Notes: generated by a model not told the origin, from the sequence alone. A stretch of DNA of 36,087 nt from a virus (IMGVR_UViG_3300009529_000025:1-36087); one strand, 5' to 3'; shown: positions 1-8,003, counted from the stretch's first letter. Numbers and translations: made by a program.

Positions 1-573
1 AATCCAACCGGGCCCTCCTACATCTTCCCCTCTCAAAGTAGCTCCATCTATAGTTGCATTACAAAACGTTGCTCCAGAAAGATCTGCTCCAGAAAGATTT
101 GCTCCATAAAGATTTGCTCTAGAAAGATCTGCTCTAGAAAGATTTGCTCCATAAAGAAATGCTCTAGAAAGATCTGCTTCATGAAGACATGCTCTAGAAA
201 GATCTGCTTCATGAAGACATGCTTTAGAAAGATCTGCTTCATGAAGACATGCTCTAGAAAGATCTGCTCTAGAAAGATTTGCTCCATAAAGATCTGCTCT
301 AGAAAGATCTGCTTCATGAAGACATGCTCTAGAAAGATATGCTCTAGAAAGATTTGCTCCATAAAGATATGCTCTAGAAAGATCTGCTCTAGAAAGATCT
401 GCTTCATGAAGACATGCTCTAGAAAGATTTGCTTCATGAAGACATGCTCTAGAAAGATCTGCTCCAGAAAGACCTGCTCCATAAAGATTTGCTCTCTTTC
501 CTCCTTTCTCTCCATTCAACCAAGACTGATGTTTTTCCAAGATCACTTTCAATTCTTCCGGATTCATAATCAT
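1..573 (-). CDS. Pentapeptide-repeat protein (partial, runs off the left end)
   Basis: Not in the ORF track. Translated by hand from ATG 573: MIMNPEELKVILEKHQSWLNGEKGGKRANLYGAGLSGADLSRACLHEANLSR...ATFCNATIDGATLRGEDVGGPGWI. It has many A(D/N/C)Lxx repeats, the typical 'IL.KH..WL.GE.GG.RA.L' N-cap and a GGGGAG RBS. The frame is open to base 1. Confidence 0.92.
   Translation of the reverse strand, partial: MIMNPEELKVILEKHQSWLNGEKGGKRANLYGAGLSGADLSRACLHEANLSRACLHEADLSRADLSRAYLYGANLSRAYLSRACLHEADLSRADLYGANLSRADLSRACLHEADLSKACLHEADLSRACLHEADLSRAFLYGANLSRADLSRANLYGANLSGADLSGATFCNATIDGATLRGEDVGGPGWI
70..494. repeat. Degenerate 15-bp tandem repeat encoding the pentapeptide units
   Basis: Recurring units AGAAAGATCTGCTCT (ADLSR), ATAAAGATTTGCTCC (ANLYG) and ATGAAGACATGCTCT (ACLHE context), abutting without spacers. 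Confidence 0.95.
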
Positions 574-746
574 AACTTTCTCCCCGTGCATTTGCATCTA
601 TCACCGCCCGAACATTTCGACCATCGACTGTAGAACTTCTCTAGTCCTCTCAAATCTTCGGTTGCTTCAGTCTTAGTATCGTAAGGTCCCAGCTCATCGT
701 CATCTGTACTTATCCACCAACCTGTTTTCCGCCTAGTGAGTTTCAT
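570..746 (-). CDS. Small hypothetical phage protein (58 aa)
   Basis: Below the ORF-track cutoff. MKLTRRKTGWWISTDDDELGPYDTKTEATEDLRGLEKFYSRWSKCSGGDRCKCTGRKL. ATGA overlaps with both neighbours (743-746 and 570-573). Confidence 0.75.
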   Translation of the reverse strand: MKLTRRKTGWWISTDDDELGPYDTKTEATEDLRGLEKFYSRWSKCSGGDRCKCTGRKL

Positions 747-1246
747 CCTAACGCCTCCCTAATCTCACCGAACGACTCTTTAATCCTCTCCGCAGTCCAC
801 CCCAAACGCTGGACTAATTGGACTCGAATCCAAGTCCTAACATTTCCAGCCTCTTGAAAGCCCTTCAACTCCATAACGTTAAACAAAATACGAATCACTG
901 TATCTGCATCCTCTGACAAATCTAGAAGATGAACGAAACTCGATCTGCTGTTTAATTCATCACTGGCCTCCACACTATCTATCTGCTTCATTCTACTGAT
1001 CCACTTCATTCTCGCATTATTTTGCTTTAGCAAATATCCACGAACCCAATGCCAGACGTAAGTAGTGAACGCTCCTTTGTCTAGATCATAGCGATGGCGT
1101 GCCTCTAGAAAGGCTTCGTTAGCAGCACTCTTCATCTCGTCTAAGTCACCTCCATATCGTTGATAGAAACCCCAACAGATTCTGTCGATCATCTTCTCTA
1201 CGTGCTCATAATCCGTAACGCAAGCGTGTTCAGAAATTGTGATCAT
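743..1246 (-). CDS. Sigma70-family (region 2) transcription factor-like protein
   Basis: DLDEMKSAANEAFLEARHRYDLDKGAFTTYVWHWVRGYL matches the sigma70 region 2 pattern (DL.Q.G..GL..A..RFD...G..FSTYA..WIR). GGGAG RBS. Confidence 0.75.
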   Translation of the reverse strand: MITISEHACVTDYEHVEKMIDRICWGFYQRYGGDLDEMKSAANEAFLEARHRYDLDKGAFTTYVWHWVRGYLLKQNNARMKWISRMKQIDSVEASDELNSRSSFVHLLDLSEDADTVIRILFNVMELKGFQEAGNVRTWIRVQLVQRLGWTAERIKESFGEIREALG

Positions 1247-1267
1247 TGTTCTCTCCCTTAAGATGTT

Positions 1268-1498
1268 CTAATGTTCAGTCATCTCTTCTAACTTTACTAA
1301 AGCAATCCATCTATTTCTTGTATCCTCCCACGATGTTGGACCACGTTCCTTTGGTCCTCTTCCTCCCAACAAAAGATGTTTCGCAGCCAAAATCAAAACC
1401 TTTAGCCGCTCGATCTTACTTTCTGCAGCCTTGCAAGCCGATTCCCATTCCTCTTCTCTTCTAGCCATCTCTTCTAAAAACGTAGCATGAGAATTCAT
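1268..1498 (-). CDS. Hypothetical protein
   Basis: ORF 1268..1540. The start is moved to ATG 1498 (MNSH...) because AAGGAG precedes it and the 1540 ATG lies immediately after a terminator. Confidence 0.65.
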   Translation of the reverse strand: MNSHATFLEEMARREEEWESACKAAESKIERLKVLILAAKHLLLGGRGPKERGPTSWEDTRNRWIALVKLEEMTEH

Positions 1499-1543
1499 TA
1501 CTCTCTCCTTTACGAATGGTAAAGCTTGGCTTACTCCCATCAG

Positions 1544-1575
1544 AAAAAACCCCGAAGGCCGTCAAACCTCCGGGG
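1544..1575 (-). terminator. Rho-independent terminator
   Basis: Minus strand reads CCCCGGAGG-tttgacgg-CCTTCGGGG followed by TTTTTT. Confidence 0.85.
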
Positions 1576-1580
1576 TCAAT

Positions 1581-1643
1581 TCATCCTCCGAAGGTCAGGC
1601 CAGGAGCGACCCCAACGGAAGAAGTGTTTCTAGTTTCGTCCAT
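1581..1643 (-). other. Candidate 20-aa leader ORF within a structured leader RNA
   Basis: GGAGG-7nt-ATG, then MDETRNTSSVGVAPGLTFGG*. It ends 5 nt before the terminator stem. Confidence 0.35.
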
Positions 1644-1686
1644 CTCCTGACCTCCCGTTGACGCGGGAACTCCCGAATATTGCTAG

Positions 1687-1715
1687 AGTCTATAGATCGC
1701 CTCCGGGAAAGTCAA
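1687..1715 (-). promoter_or_regulatory. Sigma70-type promoter
   Basis: TTGACT (1715-1710), 17-nt spacer, TAGACT (1692-1687), in an intergenic gap. Confidence 0.7.
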
Positions 1716-1729
1716 GACCAAAACTAGAA

Positions 1730-2446
1730 TCATTTCTCAGACGCGCAAGATTCAGCCATTTTACCGAAGAATTTAGGGGTTTCCATATCGGGGTCAGCAT
1801 CATAATAAAATCGCCTAATCACAGAAGTCTCTGCATCGTAGACACATCTCAGCAATCCCCGATCCCATCGAACATTGTCGGATCGGACGTTGCTTGGCTG
1901 TTTGTTTGTTAGTTCTTCCTCGTGCTGTTCCACCAAATCACCATGACCGAAAGTTCTCATCATCAAACAGAAATCATCTGCCAGCTCTTCCGTCCTACCG
2001 ATGAAATCACAGAACTCTCCTCCCTCTGGTCCTACGTATTGCTCGATCAATCGAGTATACCAAAGAGGCTCACGGACTAACATCTTTTGAATCCACTCAT
2101 CAAAGTCTGGATGGAATAGCTTAGCTGCAGAGTAATGAGGATGCCAGTTCCAACGAGTACAAATAGTCCTCAAGTCACCTTCACTTGAACTATTAAGCCA
2201 CTTCCAGACCGATTCATAATAACGAATCGGATGACGAACAAAAGCAGCCACATACTTCACTGTTACCAAAGACTCCCTTCGATAATGATTCAGAAGAGAA
2301 TGTTTCTTTGGCAAATACGACGGCTGTTTGCTCAACCACCTATCAAACCTCACATCTACCAATTGCAAAGCCTCCTCAATCCAAGTTCCTCCCGTCCTAG
2401 GAATGTGTTGGATCAGAAGGCCAGAATCAGGAAGGAAACGAGCCAT
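1730..2446 (-). CDS. Sulfotransferase-like protein (Sulfotransfer_2 type)
   Basis: HIPRTGGTW resembles the 5'-PAPS-binding loop, FVRHPIRYYESVW the 3'-PB motif, and DFIGRTEEL is also typical. The start is probably ATG 2446; the track starts at TTG 2464. Confidence 0.75.
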   Translation of the reverse strand: MARFLPDSGLLIQHIPRTGGTWIEEALQLVDVRFDRWLSKQPSYLPKKHSLLNHYRRESLVTVKYVAAFVRHPIRYYESVWKWLNSSSEGDLRTICTRWNWHPHYSAAKLFHPDFDEWIQKMLVREPLWYTRLIEQYVGPEGGEFCDFIGRTEELADDFCLMMRTFGHGDLVEQHEEELTNKQPSNVRSDNVRWDRGLLRCVYDAETSVIRRFYYDADPDMETPKFFGKMAESCASEK

Positions 2447-2447
2447 G

Positions 2448-3089
2448 CTAATTAGATTCTCCAAATATCTCCGGCACTTGTAATTGAAACAGAGCTTCTA
2501 GAGGAAGCATAACTTCCTGCATTTGAGGATGAGCTGCCTTACTACAACGAAGCGAGAAGATGTGTTTCCATTCACGAAGGTTGGCAGTCGTTACAATCTC
2601 TGTCTTCAACGAATTCGGAAGAACCGATCGGGCCTGTTGCGGCGACCACTTATTATCAATCAATAGTTTATAAAAGTGCTCGGCCCATATCATGGCTAAG
2701 ACCCATTGGTGACTCATTCCAGTTACACTCGACAAGTCACGTTCGGTATACTCACCAGGCATCAAAGATACCCACGGAGGAATAATGAAAGCAACTCCTC
2801 CTTTGTAATTGCAGTAACGAGTCGATTCCTGACTAAAAGCACATAATCTATGCCGAACCAACTCATGAGAAACTCCCCTATCAATTACAAATCGAACGGT
2901 TACGGAGAAGTGCTCAATGACGGATAGATGGCCTTTCTTCATAATGGAATCCAAAAAACGAGATGCGGAATCCTCAGTTATCTTGTCTTCTGACTTGTAA
3001 CATGTTCTCCCCGCTTTCTCAATTAAAGATAAAAGATCATTACGACGGAAAGGACTTTCAATCGTAGCAGACGGTTTCATCAGTCGCAT
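2448..3089 (-). CDS. thyX: FAD-dependent thymidylate synthase ThyX
   Basis: GHLSVIEH, ELVRHRLCAFSQESTRY signature, ARSVLPNS, NLREWKH..LR...AAHPQM. Likely start ATG 3089 with a GAGGAG RBS. Confidence 0.96.
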   Translation of the reverse strand: MRLMKPSATIESPFRRNDLLSLIEKAGRTCYKSEDKITEDSASRFLDSIMKKGHLSVIEHFSVTVRFVIDRGVSHELVRHRLCAFSQESTRYCNYKGGVAFIIPPWVSLMPGEYTERDLSSVTGMSHQWVLAMIWAEHFYKLLIDNKWSPQQARSVLPNSLKTEIVTTANLREWKHIFSLRCSKAAHPQMQEVMLPLEALFQLQVPEIFGESN

Positions 3090-3105
3090 TAGCCTAAGCT
3101 CCTCA

Positions 3106-3837
3106 TCAATGTGTTTTCTGAGTATGCCGTAGACGATACATTCCTTCAAGACGGACTCCTTGAATCCTTCCGATCTTCCTACAATAACGACGATAAGCTA
3201 AGTCATCCCGAAAGTCCCCAAACATCTTACCGTCCTTTCTTTCCTTCTGCCAACGAGGATTGTCTTTCAAGTACCCGTGTTCCCTAGCAAAATCCCCCCG
3301 GACGATCTGAACGCCTCCTATTGCCCTATTATACTTCTTCGGAATGAACTCCTCTGGATCAATATCCAACAACCGACTCGTAGCCGTAGCTCTGGCTAAT
3401 GCTCTATCTCCGGTTTTATGATCTTGATGAATCATAATTTCTTTTGGATAGATCATTACCACATTGTCCGACCATACTCCTACAAGATCTCTCAACACCA
3501 ATCTATCCAAACATCCCTCGTAGAAAACTTGGTCTACGTCAGAGAACCAAACAACGTCGGCCTTGCTAGACAAAGCAGCTACATTACGTCCTATCGAACG
3601 ACGTCCTAACTGTTTTCTAGAGAAAGCTAAGGGCCTAATCAAACTACGACGAGAACCATCGGCGAACCATGAAAGAACGTTCGACGTCTCGTGATCTTCA
3701 GGACAGTAGCAAACCGTCACTAACACGTGACAATTCAAAGGAGGATGCAACGCGATAGAGGACAACTGATAACGAAGAGCATGAGCGTAATGGGGCAAGT
3801 CTCGTGCCCAAGCGTGACTTACGATTTCGATGAGCAT
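3106..3837 (-). CDS. Glycosyltransferase, GT-A fold (GT2-like)
   Basis: RSIGRNVAAL...DVVWFSDVD (DxD), GGVQIV, DDL, terminal H. Likely start MLIEIV at 3837, overlapping the kdsB end. Confidence 0.75.
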   Translation of the reverse strand: MLIEIVSHAWARDLPHYAHALRYQLSSIALHPPLNCHVLVTVCYCPEDHETSNVLSWFADGSRRSLIRPLAFSRKQLGRRSIGRNVAALSSKADVVWFSDVDQVFYEGCLDRLVLRDLVGVWSDNVVMIYPKEIMIHQDHKTGDRALARATATSRLLDIDPEEFIPKKYNRAIGGVQIVRGDFAREHGYLKDNPRWQKERKDGKMFGDFRDDLAYRRYCRKIGRIQGVRLEGMYRLRHTQKTH

Positions 3838-4541
3838 GATTCCATTTTCCTTCTGAACTCTTCCAAGTCCTCTGGAGTATTGATTGCCAAGGGAACTTTC
3901 TCCACCACCAAAGCTCGAATATTCCAACCGTCTTCGATCCAAGTCAACTGTTCTAGACTTTCGGCCAGACTAAATGGAGATGGAGTTAATAGACTCAACT
4001 TCCACAAAACCGTAGGAGTAAAAGCATAGATGCCTATATGGGCTAAGCTTCCCGCCATTGGAGCACGACTAAACCAGTGAGCCGTTAGCTTCCTTCCTAA
4101 TCGAAAACAAATCGCCTTCGTCACGTTAGGATTGTCCATCAAAGTAGACTGCATCTGACCTACCAATGTGTGAATATCGCTAGTAGAATCCATCGATTTG
4201 ACTAGTCGGTTTACGTCCTCTGGATCTACTTCAACCTCATCGACCTGCCAGTTGACTATTACATCTACCTGATTTTCTTCCTTGAACTGAGAAGCTACTT
4301 CGGCACACCGATGAGTTCCACTAGGATGATCGTCTTTGGTAGGACGCCAAGGCATTCCATGATCCGAACAATAGCGAGCTATCTCACGATCAGGCGTGGC
4401 GATCAGAACCGCGTTCGCTTTGGTTCGACGAGCTTGTTCATAAGTCCACCAAACCAAAGGCTTCCCAGCCACTTCAATCATCGGCTTGCCTGGCAAACGA
4501 TTACTAGCCATGCGTGCTGGAATAATGATAACGCTCTTCAT
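3819..4541 (-). CDS. kdsB: CMP-Kdo synthetase-like cytidylyltransferase
   Basis: IIIPARMASNRLPGKPM, SGTHRCAEV, NWQVDE (usually NxQGDE), HIGIYAF, ESLEQL, INTPEDL. Confidence 0.9.
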   Translation of the reverse strand: MKSVIIIPARMASNRLPGKPMIEVAGKPLVWWTYEQARRTKANAVLIATPDREIARYCSDHGMPWRPTKDDHPSGTHRCAEVASQFKEENQVDVIVNWQVDEVEVDPEDVNRLVKSMDSTSDIHTLVGQMQSTLMDNPNVTKAICFRLGRKLTAHWFSRAPMAGSLAHIGIYAFTPTVLWKLSLLTPSPFSLAESLEQLTWIEDGWNIRALVVEKVPLAINTPEDLEEFRRKMESCSSKS

Positions 4542-5017
4542 TGTTCTTCTGTCCTTATTCCCATTGGTCCTTCTTTCGGTAATCCTCCTGCTAAAATTCT
4601 GACGCGAATGTCATTAGCAATCTTCACAGCATGCTTCTCCGTTTTAGCATAACAACAAACATGAAGACGCCAATGAGATCTTCGGAAAGCGTATTTGTGA
4701 GTTCCGTCTATGAGTATATAATGCTCATCATGACACTTTCCTCCCTCATCTCCATCGCGATAACCATCAGTCAAAATCGATCCTGTATAACTACGCACAA
4801 CCTTTCCGTCCTTACACATTTCCAATTCAAAGTAGCTCATTCCCTTCGGAGGCTGTTCATAGTCAAATTCATTTACTACCCATCCCTCCTCCACATCTCC
4901 TCCAATCCATTCTGCTATCTGCTTCGCTTGCTCTAAATTGTCTTCACTAAACACTGCCACTGTCGATCTACTGCTGTATTCCCCTATCATAATTAAACAA
5001 ATCTTCATTGTTCTTCT
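4535..5017. repeat. 16-bp perfect direct repeat flanking one gene
   Basis: TCTTCATTGTTCTTCT occurs at 4535-4550 and 5002-5017. Confidence 0.85.
4538..5008 (-). CDS. Hypothetical protein
   Basis: 156 aa ORF with ATGA overlaps at both ends and a GGGAG RBS. Confidence 0.75.
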   Translation of the reverse strand: MKICLIMIGEYSSRSTVAVFSEDNLEQAKQIAEWIGGDVEEGWVVNEFDYEQPPKGMSYFELEMCKDGKVVRSYTGSILTDGYRDGDEGGKCHDEHYILIDGTHKYAFRRSHWRLHVCCYAKTEKHAVKIANDIRVRILAGGLPKEGPMGIRTEEQ

Positions 5018-5265
5018 CCCTTTCGTGGCCAGCCTTTTGGATAGTGACGACGAACAATTCTCAACGCCAGTAAATCTTGTATTATATGCACGGCATCAAT
5101 AAACGAACGAAGTTCTTCAGGATGTTCTCTTTCCAATTTTAAGAATGATCGATGACAATCAGACAAAGACTCCAAACACAACAATTCATCTACTACAAGC
5201 CCGTGTTCTTCGTCTACCATCCATTCACGTCCTTCGACATCTGTAAAAGAAATCCACTCACACAT
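5005..5265 (-). CDS. Hypothetical phage protein
   Basis: 86 aa ORF with an AGGAG RBS. Helical HPEELRSFIDAVHIIQDLLA segment. Confidence 0.7.
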   Translation of the reverse strand: MCEWISFTDVEGREWMVDEEHGLVVDELLCLESLSDCHRSFLKLEREHPEELRSFIDAVHIIQDLLALRIVRRHYPKGWPRKGEEQ

Positions 5266-5276
5266 CGCTCTTCTCC

Positions 5277-5822
5277 TTAGTGGTATCCAAAGTCCTCCAC
5301 CATTCTGCTCTCAGACTCCAGGATTCTCCGCCTAAGACGACTAGGCATTCGAGGAACTCGCTTCGAGACATTTTGCTTTCCTAGATTGTAACACCGTTGA
5401 CGAAGATGCCTTGGAACTCCTAACGACTCTAACAACTCAACGAACGCCCACGGCATGTCCTCAATTCTCAGGTAGCTATCAGCATTATACTCCGTCAGCA
5501 TTTCACCTATAGCACCAGGCATCATAGTTAAATACGAAAGGACGAACGACTCGTATGAATCATCTCTCATCTTCATAAACCGGTCAACACAAGTTACGTT
5601 CGTACAACCACGATGAATCGCAGTGTAGTAACTTGCAAGCCAATCGCAAGGATTACGAGCTAACGAGACTTTGAAAGACGTTCTGTCCTTTGGATTGTGA
5701 GGAGTATGAGCAGAAGCTTTGAATCCTACACCAAGTCCTACAGCCGAACACGCCTTAAGAAACCAAGTCGTTCCCGTTCTGGGGGCAGAAGCGAATCTAA
5801 ATAGAGTGTAGTCTATACTCAC
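5277..5822 (-). CDS. Sulfotransferase-like protein
   Basis: SAPRTGTTW loop, RNPCDWLASYY, LRIEDM, C-terminal FGY. Likely GTG start at 5822 (GTGA overlap). Confidence 0.72.
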   Translation of the reverse strand: MSIDYTLFRFASAPRTGTTWFLKACSAVGLGVGFKASAHTPHNPKDRTSFKVSLARNPCDWLASYYTAIHRGCTNVTCVDRFMKMRDDSYESFVLSYLTMMPGAIGEMLTEYNADSYLRIEDMPWAFVELLESLGVPRHLRQRCYNLGKQNVSKRVPRMPSRLRRRILESESRMVEDFGYH

Positions 5823-6382
5823 TTCTTCACCCACCAAATCAAATAATTCTCAACGTAGACCTTTCTGTTCTTTGTCTTCATGAATTCGTCTACAGCTCGC
5901 TTGACTCCGAACGCTCCTGTTCTGTCTCCCCTACCATTATAGTCATGACCGGATAAAATTCCTCCCTCTCTTACTTTGTTCCACCAGGCTATTAAATCAC
6001 GTCTTACGTAATTATAGGAATGGCAACCGTCGATAAAGACAAAATCAAGACAGCAATCGCTGACGATCATAGAGCATTCTACTGAATCTCCTACCATTAC
6101 AACCCGACGATCTGATAGAGATTGGGTACTATCAACAGCAGTCTTCATGGCTTCATATACTTCCTCTTTCGACTTCTTTCCTAAACGAGTATCTTGAACC
6201 TCCTCTTCCTCAAAGTCTTGATATGGACGATATAAGTCTACCATAAGCAGATGCAGCTCTCCAAACCTTTCAAGTAGAGACCTACTATTTCCTCCATTCC
6301 ACACCCCAATCTCAGCACCCGTACGGGGGTGTCTCATTTCTCTCTTCAAGACTCCTATCAAAACTCTTGAATGTGATTTCAT
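5819..6382 (-). CDS. Class I SAM methyltransferase (Methyltransf_24-like)
   Basis: GAEIGVWNG, DFVFIDGCHSY, DLIAWWNKVREGGILSGHDY. Confidence 0.9.
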   Translation of the reverse strand: MKSHSRVLIGVLKREMRHPRTGAEIGVWNGGNSRSLLERFGELHLLMVDLYRPYQDFEEEEVQDTRLGKKSKEEVYEAMKTAVDSTQSLSDRRVVMVGDSVECSMIVSDCCLDFVFIDGCHSYNYVRRDLIAWWNKVREGGILSGHDYNGRGDRTGAFGVKRAVDEFMKTKNRKVYVENYLIWWVKK

Positions 6383-6999
6383 TTCTTACTCACTACTAAA
6401 ACAACTACTTCTCTGCCCCGCTTCTGAAGAGCATGCCGCCTTCTAGGAACATTGATATAAAGTAAATCTTGAACACGACCCACTGTATTCATTAGATCGA
6501 TATACTCAAGCAAATCAGCCCCGAAGCAATCTCCTCCCTTGACAGTAGTATGACCAGCCGACCATTGAACAAACAGAACTCCCTCTGGCTTCAGTTGAGA
6601 TAACCAGATTCCAACAGTCTCTATCGGACTACGAGCATGGTCCAGACTGTTACTATAAACAAAATCAAACTTCTCCATCCATCCCTCCTTATAGTCCGAG
6701 AAATTCCATGCCACTACCTTAGAACGTACTTGATACTTTGCCTTACCGAGTTCTGGAAACAAATCAGTTCCAAACACTCTTGTTTTGGGGAACTGGAAAG
6801 AGAACTCATCACACTCCCTTCCGCTTCTGGCTCCATGACATATTCCCCACTCAGGCAAATGAAGACCATTGCACCTCATCCAATTAGCGATCTTAGCAAT
6901 CTCGGCTGATGTAAAATAAACACGAGCCCCGTGACGAAGAGACGTCTTATACTGAGCCAATCGGTATCTACGACTTGAGCGAAAGGTGAGAATCTTCAT
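6379..6999 (-). CDS. Putative class I SAM methyltransferase
   Basis: ICHGARSG, GTDL, FDFVYSNSLDH, LKPEGVLFV. Confidence 0.7.
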   Translation of the reverse strand: MKILTFRSSRRYRLAQYKTSLRHGARVYFTSAEIAKIANWMRCNGLHLPEWGICHGARSGRECDEFSFQFPKTRVFGTDLFPELGKAKYQVRSKVVAWNFSDYKEGWMEKFDFVYSNSLDHARSPIETVGIWLSQLKPEGVLFVQWSAGHTTVKGGDCFGADLLEYIDLMNTVGRVQDLLYINVPRRRHALQKRGREVVVLVVSKK

Positions 7000-7343
7000 T
7001 GCTTACAAAGCCTCTCCTCCACATCAAAAAACCCAGCACCCAAAACAGGGCGACCAACGTCAATGAAGAACCCTACAGTACCTAAGCCATAGTAATTTTG
7101 ACTGTCGTTCGTTTTCATTCCCTCCGTTCCACGTCCATACACCCCAGTCTCTTCGTTTCGAGAAAGAGGATTACTATAAAGTTCGCGCAGGGTTCGAGGC
7201 CATTCTAACGTACCCTATTCAACACATTCACTAGGATCAATGAAGCTCACATCTCTAAGTAAGTGGATAGCAGCCATAGGACAAAGACTCTCACAACGCC
7301 CACAGCCAATGCATAGCATGTCGTCAATGTATCGATGATTCAT
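6996..7343 (-). pseudogene. 4Fe-4S ferredoxin-domain gene with an in-frame TAG (pseudogene or readthrough)
   Basis: Not in the ORF track. MNHRYIDDMLCIGCGRCESLCPMAAIHLLRDVSFIDPSECVE*GTLEWPRTLRELYSNPLSRNEETGVYGRGTEGMKTND...RLCKQ*. It has a CxxCxxCxxxCP motif, a TAG at 7215-7217 and ATGA overlaps at both ends. Confidence 0.75.
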
Positions 7344-7972
7344 CTTTTTTGATAGCACTCCATATAACGGTCCTTCCAAAGAAACTCAACATCATTCCAG
7401 GCCTCCTCTAGCCACATTGCTATCCCTTGTTTTACATGGTTCTTCTTAGGATGATCGTTTTCCACATCATCAAAGAGAATCCAACCACCAGGCTTCAGTA
7501 GTCGAAGAACATGGCGAGCATCATCTAAAACCTGGAACGATATATGCCCACCGTCAATCATACATAAGTCTACGGACTCTTTTTTGATTCCAAGGAAGCC
7601 TTCTCTTCCACACATCTTTCTTAGCACTTCAGTACTGCTTCCTTGAATCAATTGACAGTTGAGCATCCAAGGAGAAAGATTATGAAAGGCCCGTTTCCTT
7701 ACCTGTTTCATCATCTCCCCATCAAGCTTAGTTGTTATAAGCCAAGGATCAATCCCAACAGCCCTACTTGTGGAATGAGTAAGAACTCGTTGCATCACCC
7801 ACACCAAAGACATTCCCTCAAATACTCCTAGCTCCAAATAAGTCAAGTTTGGCTTATCTCTCCACTCTGGAAAGACATACCGAACGAACGTCCTGAGATT
7901 TCGATTGAGAAACCATCGTCTGGTAAACCGAAAGTTGTGCTGACTTCTGTCCAAGTCTGTTGTTCTCATCAT
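7340..7972 (-). CDS. Class I SAM methyltransferase (Methyltransf_24-like)
   Basis: YLELGVFEG, GIDPW, DLCMIDGGH, LLKPGGWILFDD. Confidence 0.9.
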   Translation of the reverse strand: MMRTTDLDRSQHNFRFTRRWFLNRNLRTFVRYVFPEWRDKPNLTYLELGVFEGMSLVWVMQRVLTHSTSRAVGIDPWLITTKLDGEMMKQVRKRAFHNLSPWMLNCQLIQGSSTEVLRKMCGREGFLGIKKESVDLCMIDGGHISFQVLDDARHVLRLLKPGGWILFDDVENDHPKKNHVKQGIAMWLEEAWNDVEFLWKDRYMECYQKR

Positions 7973-7975
7973 TCA

Positions 7976-8003
7976 TTTCTTTCTTTCTTTCTTTCTTTCT
8001 TTC
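7976..8003. repeat. (TTTC)7 / (GAAA)7 microsatellite
   Basis: Seven perfect TTTC units fill the gap between the GT stop codon and the methyltransferase start. Confidence 0.95.

Noticed and set aside
70-494. Possible CRISPR array
   Set aside because: The 15-bp units abut with no unique spacers and encode a protein repeat; no cas genes are present.
48-633. ORF-track calls 48..515 (-) EQIFL repeats and 181..633 (+) KICSR repeats
   Set aside because: These are shadow frames of the pentapeptide-repeat gene, whose own frame has the RBS, the family motif and the coupling to the upstream ORF.
2448-3089. ThyX plus GTs as a DNA hypermodification pathway
   Set aside because: The ThyX motifs are canonical, and no ThyA-like hydroxymethylase, TET/JBP or DNA-modifying kinase is visible. 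The cluster follows the tail genes. Not fully excluded.
7215-7217. Genome-wide TAG recoding or selenocysteine
   Set aside because: TAG ends several genes normally and coding density is high under the standard code. Selenocysteine uses TGA.
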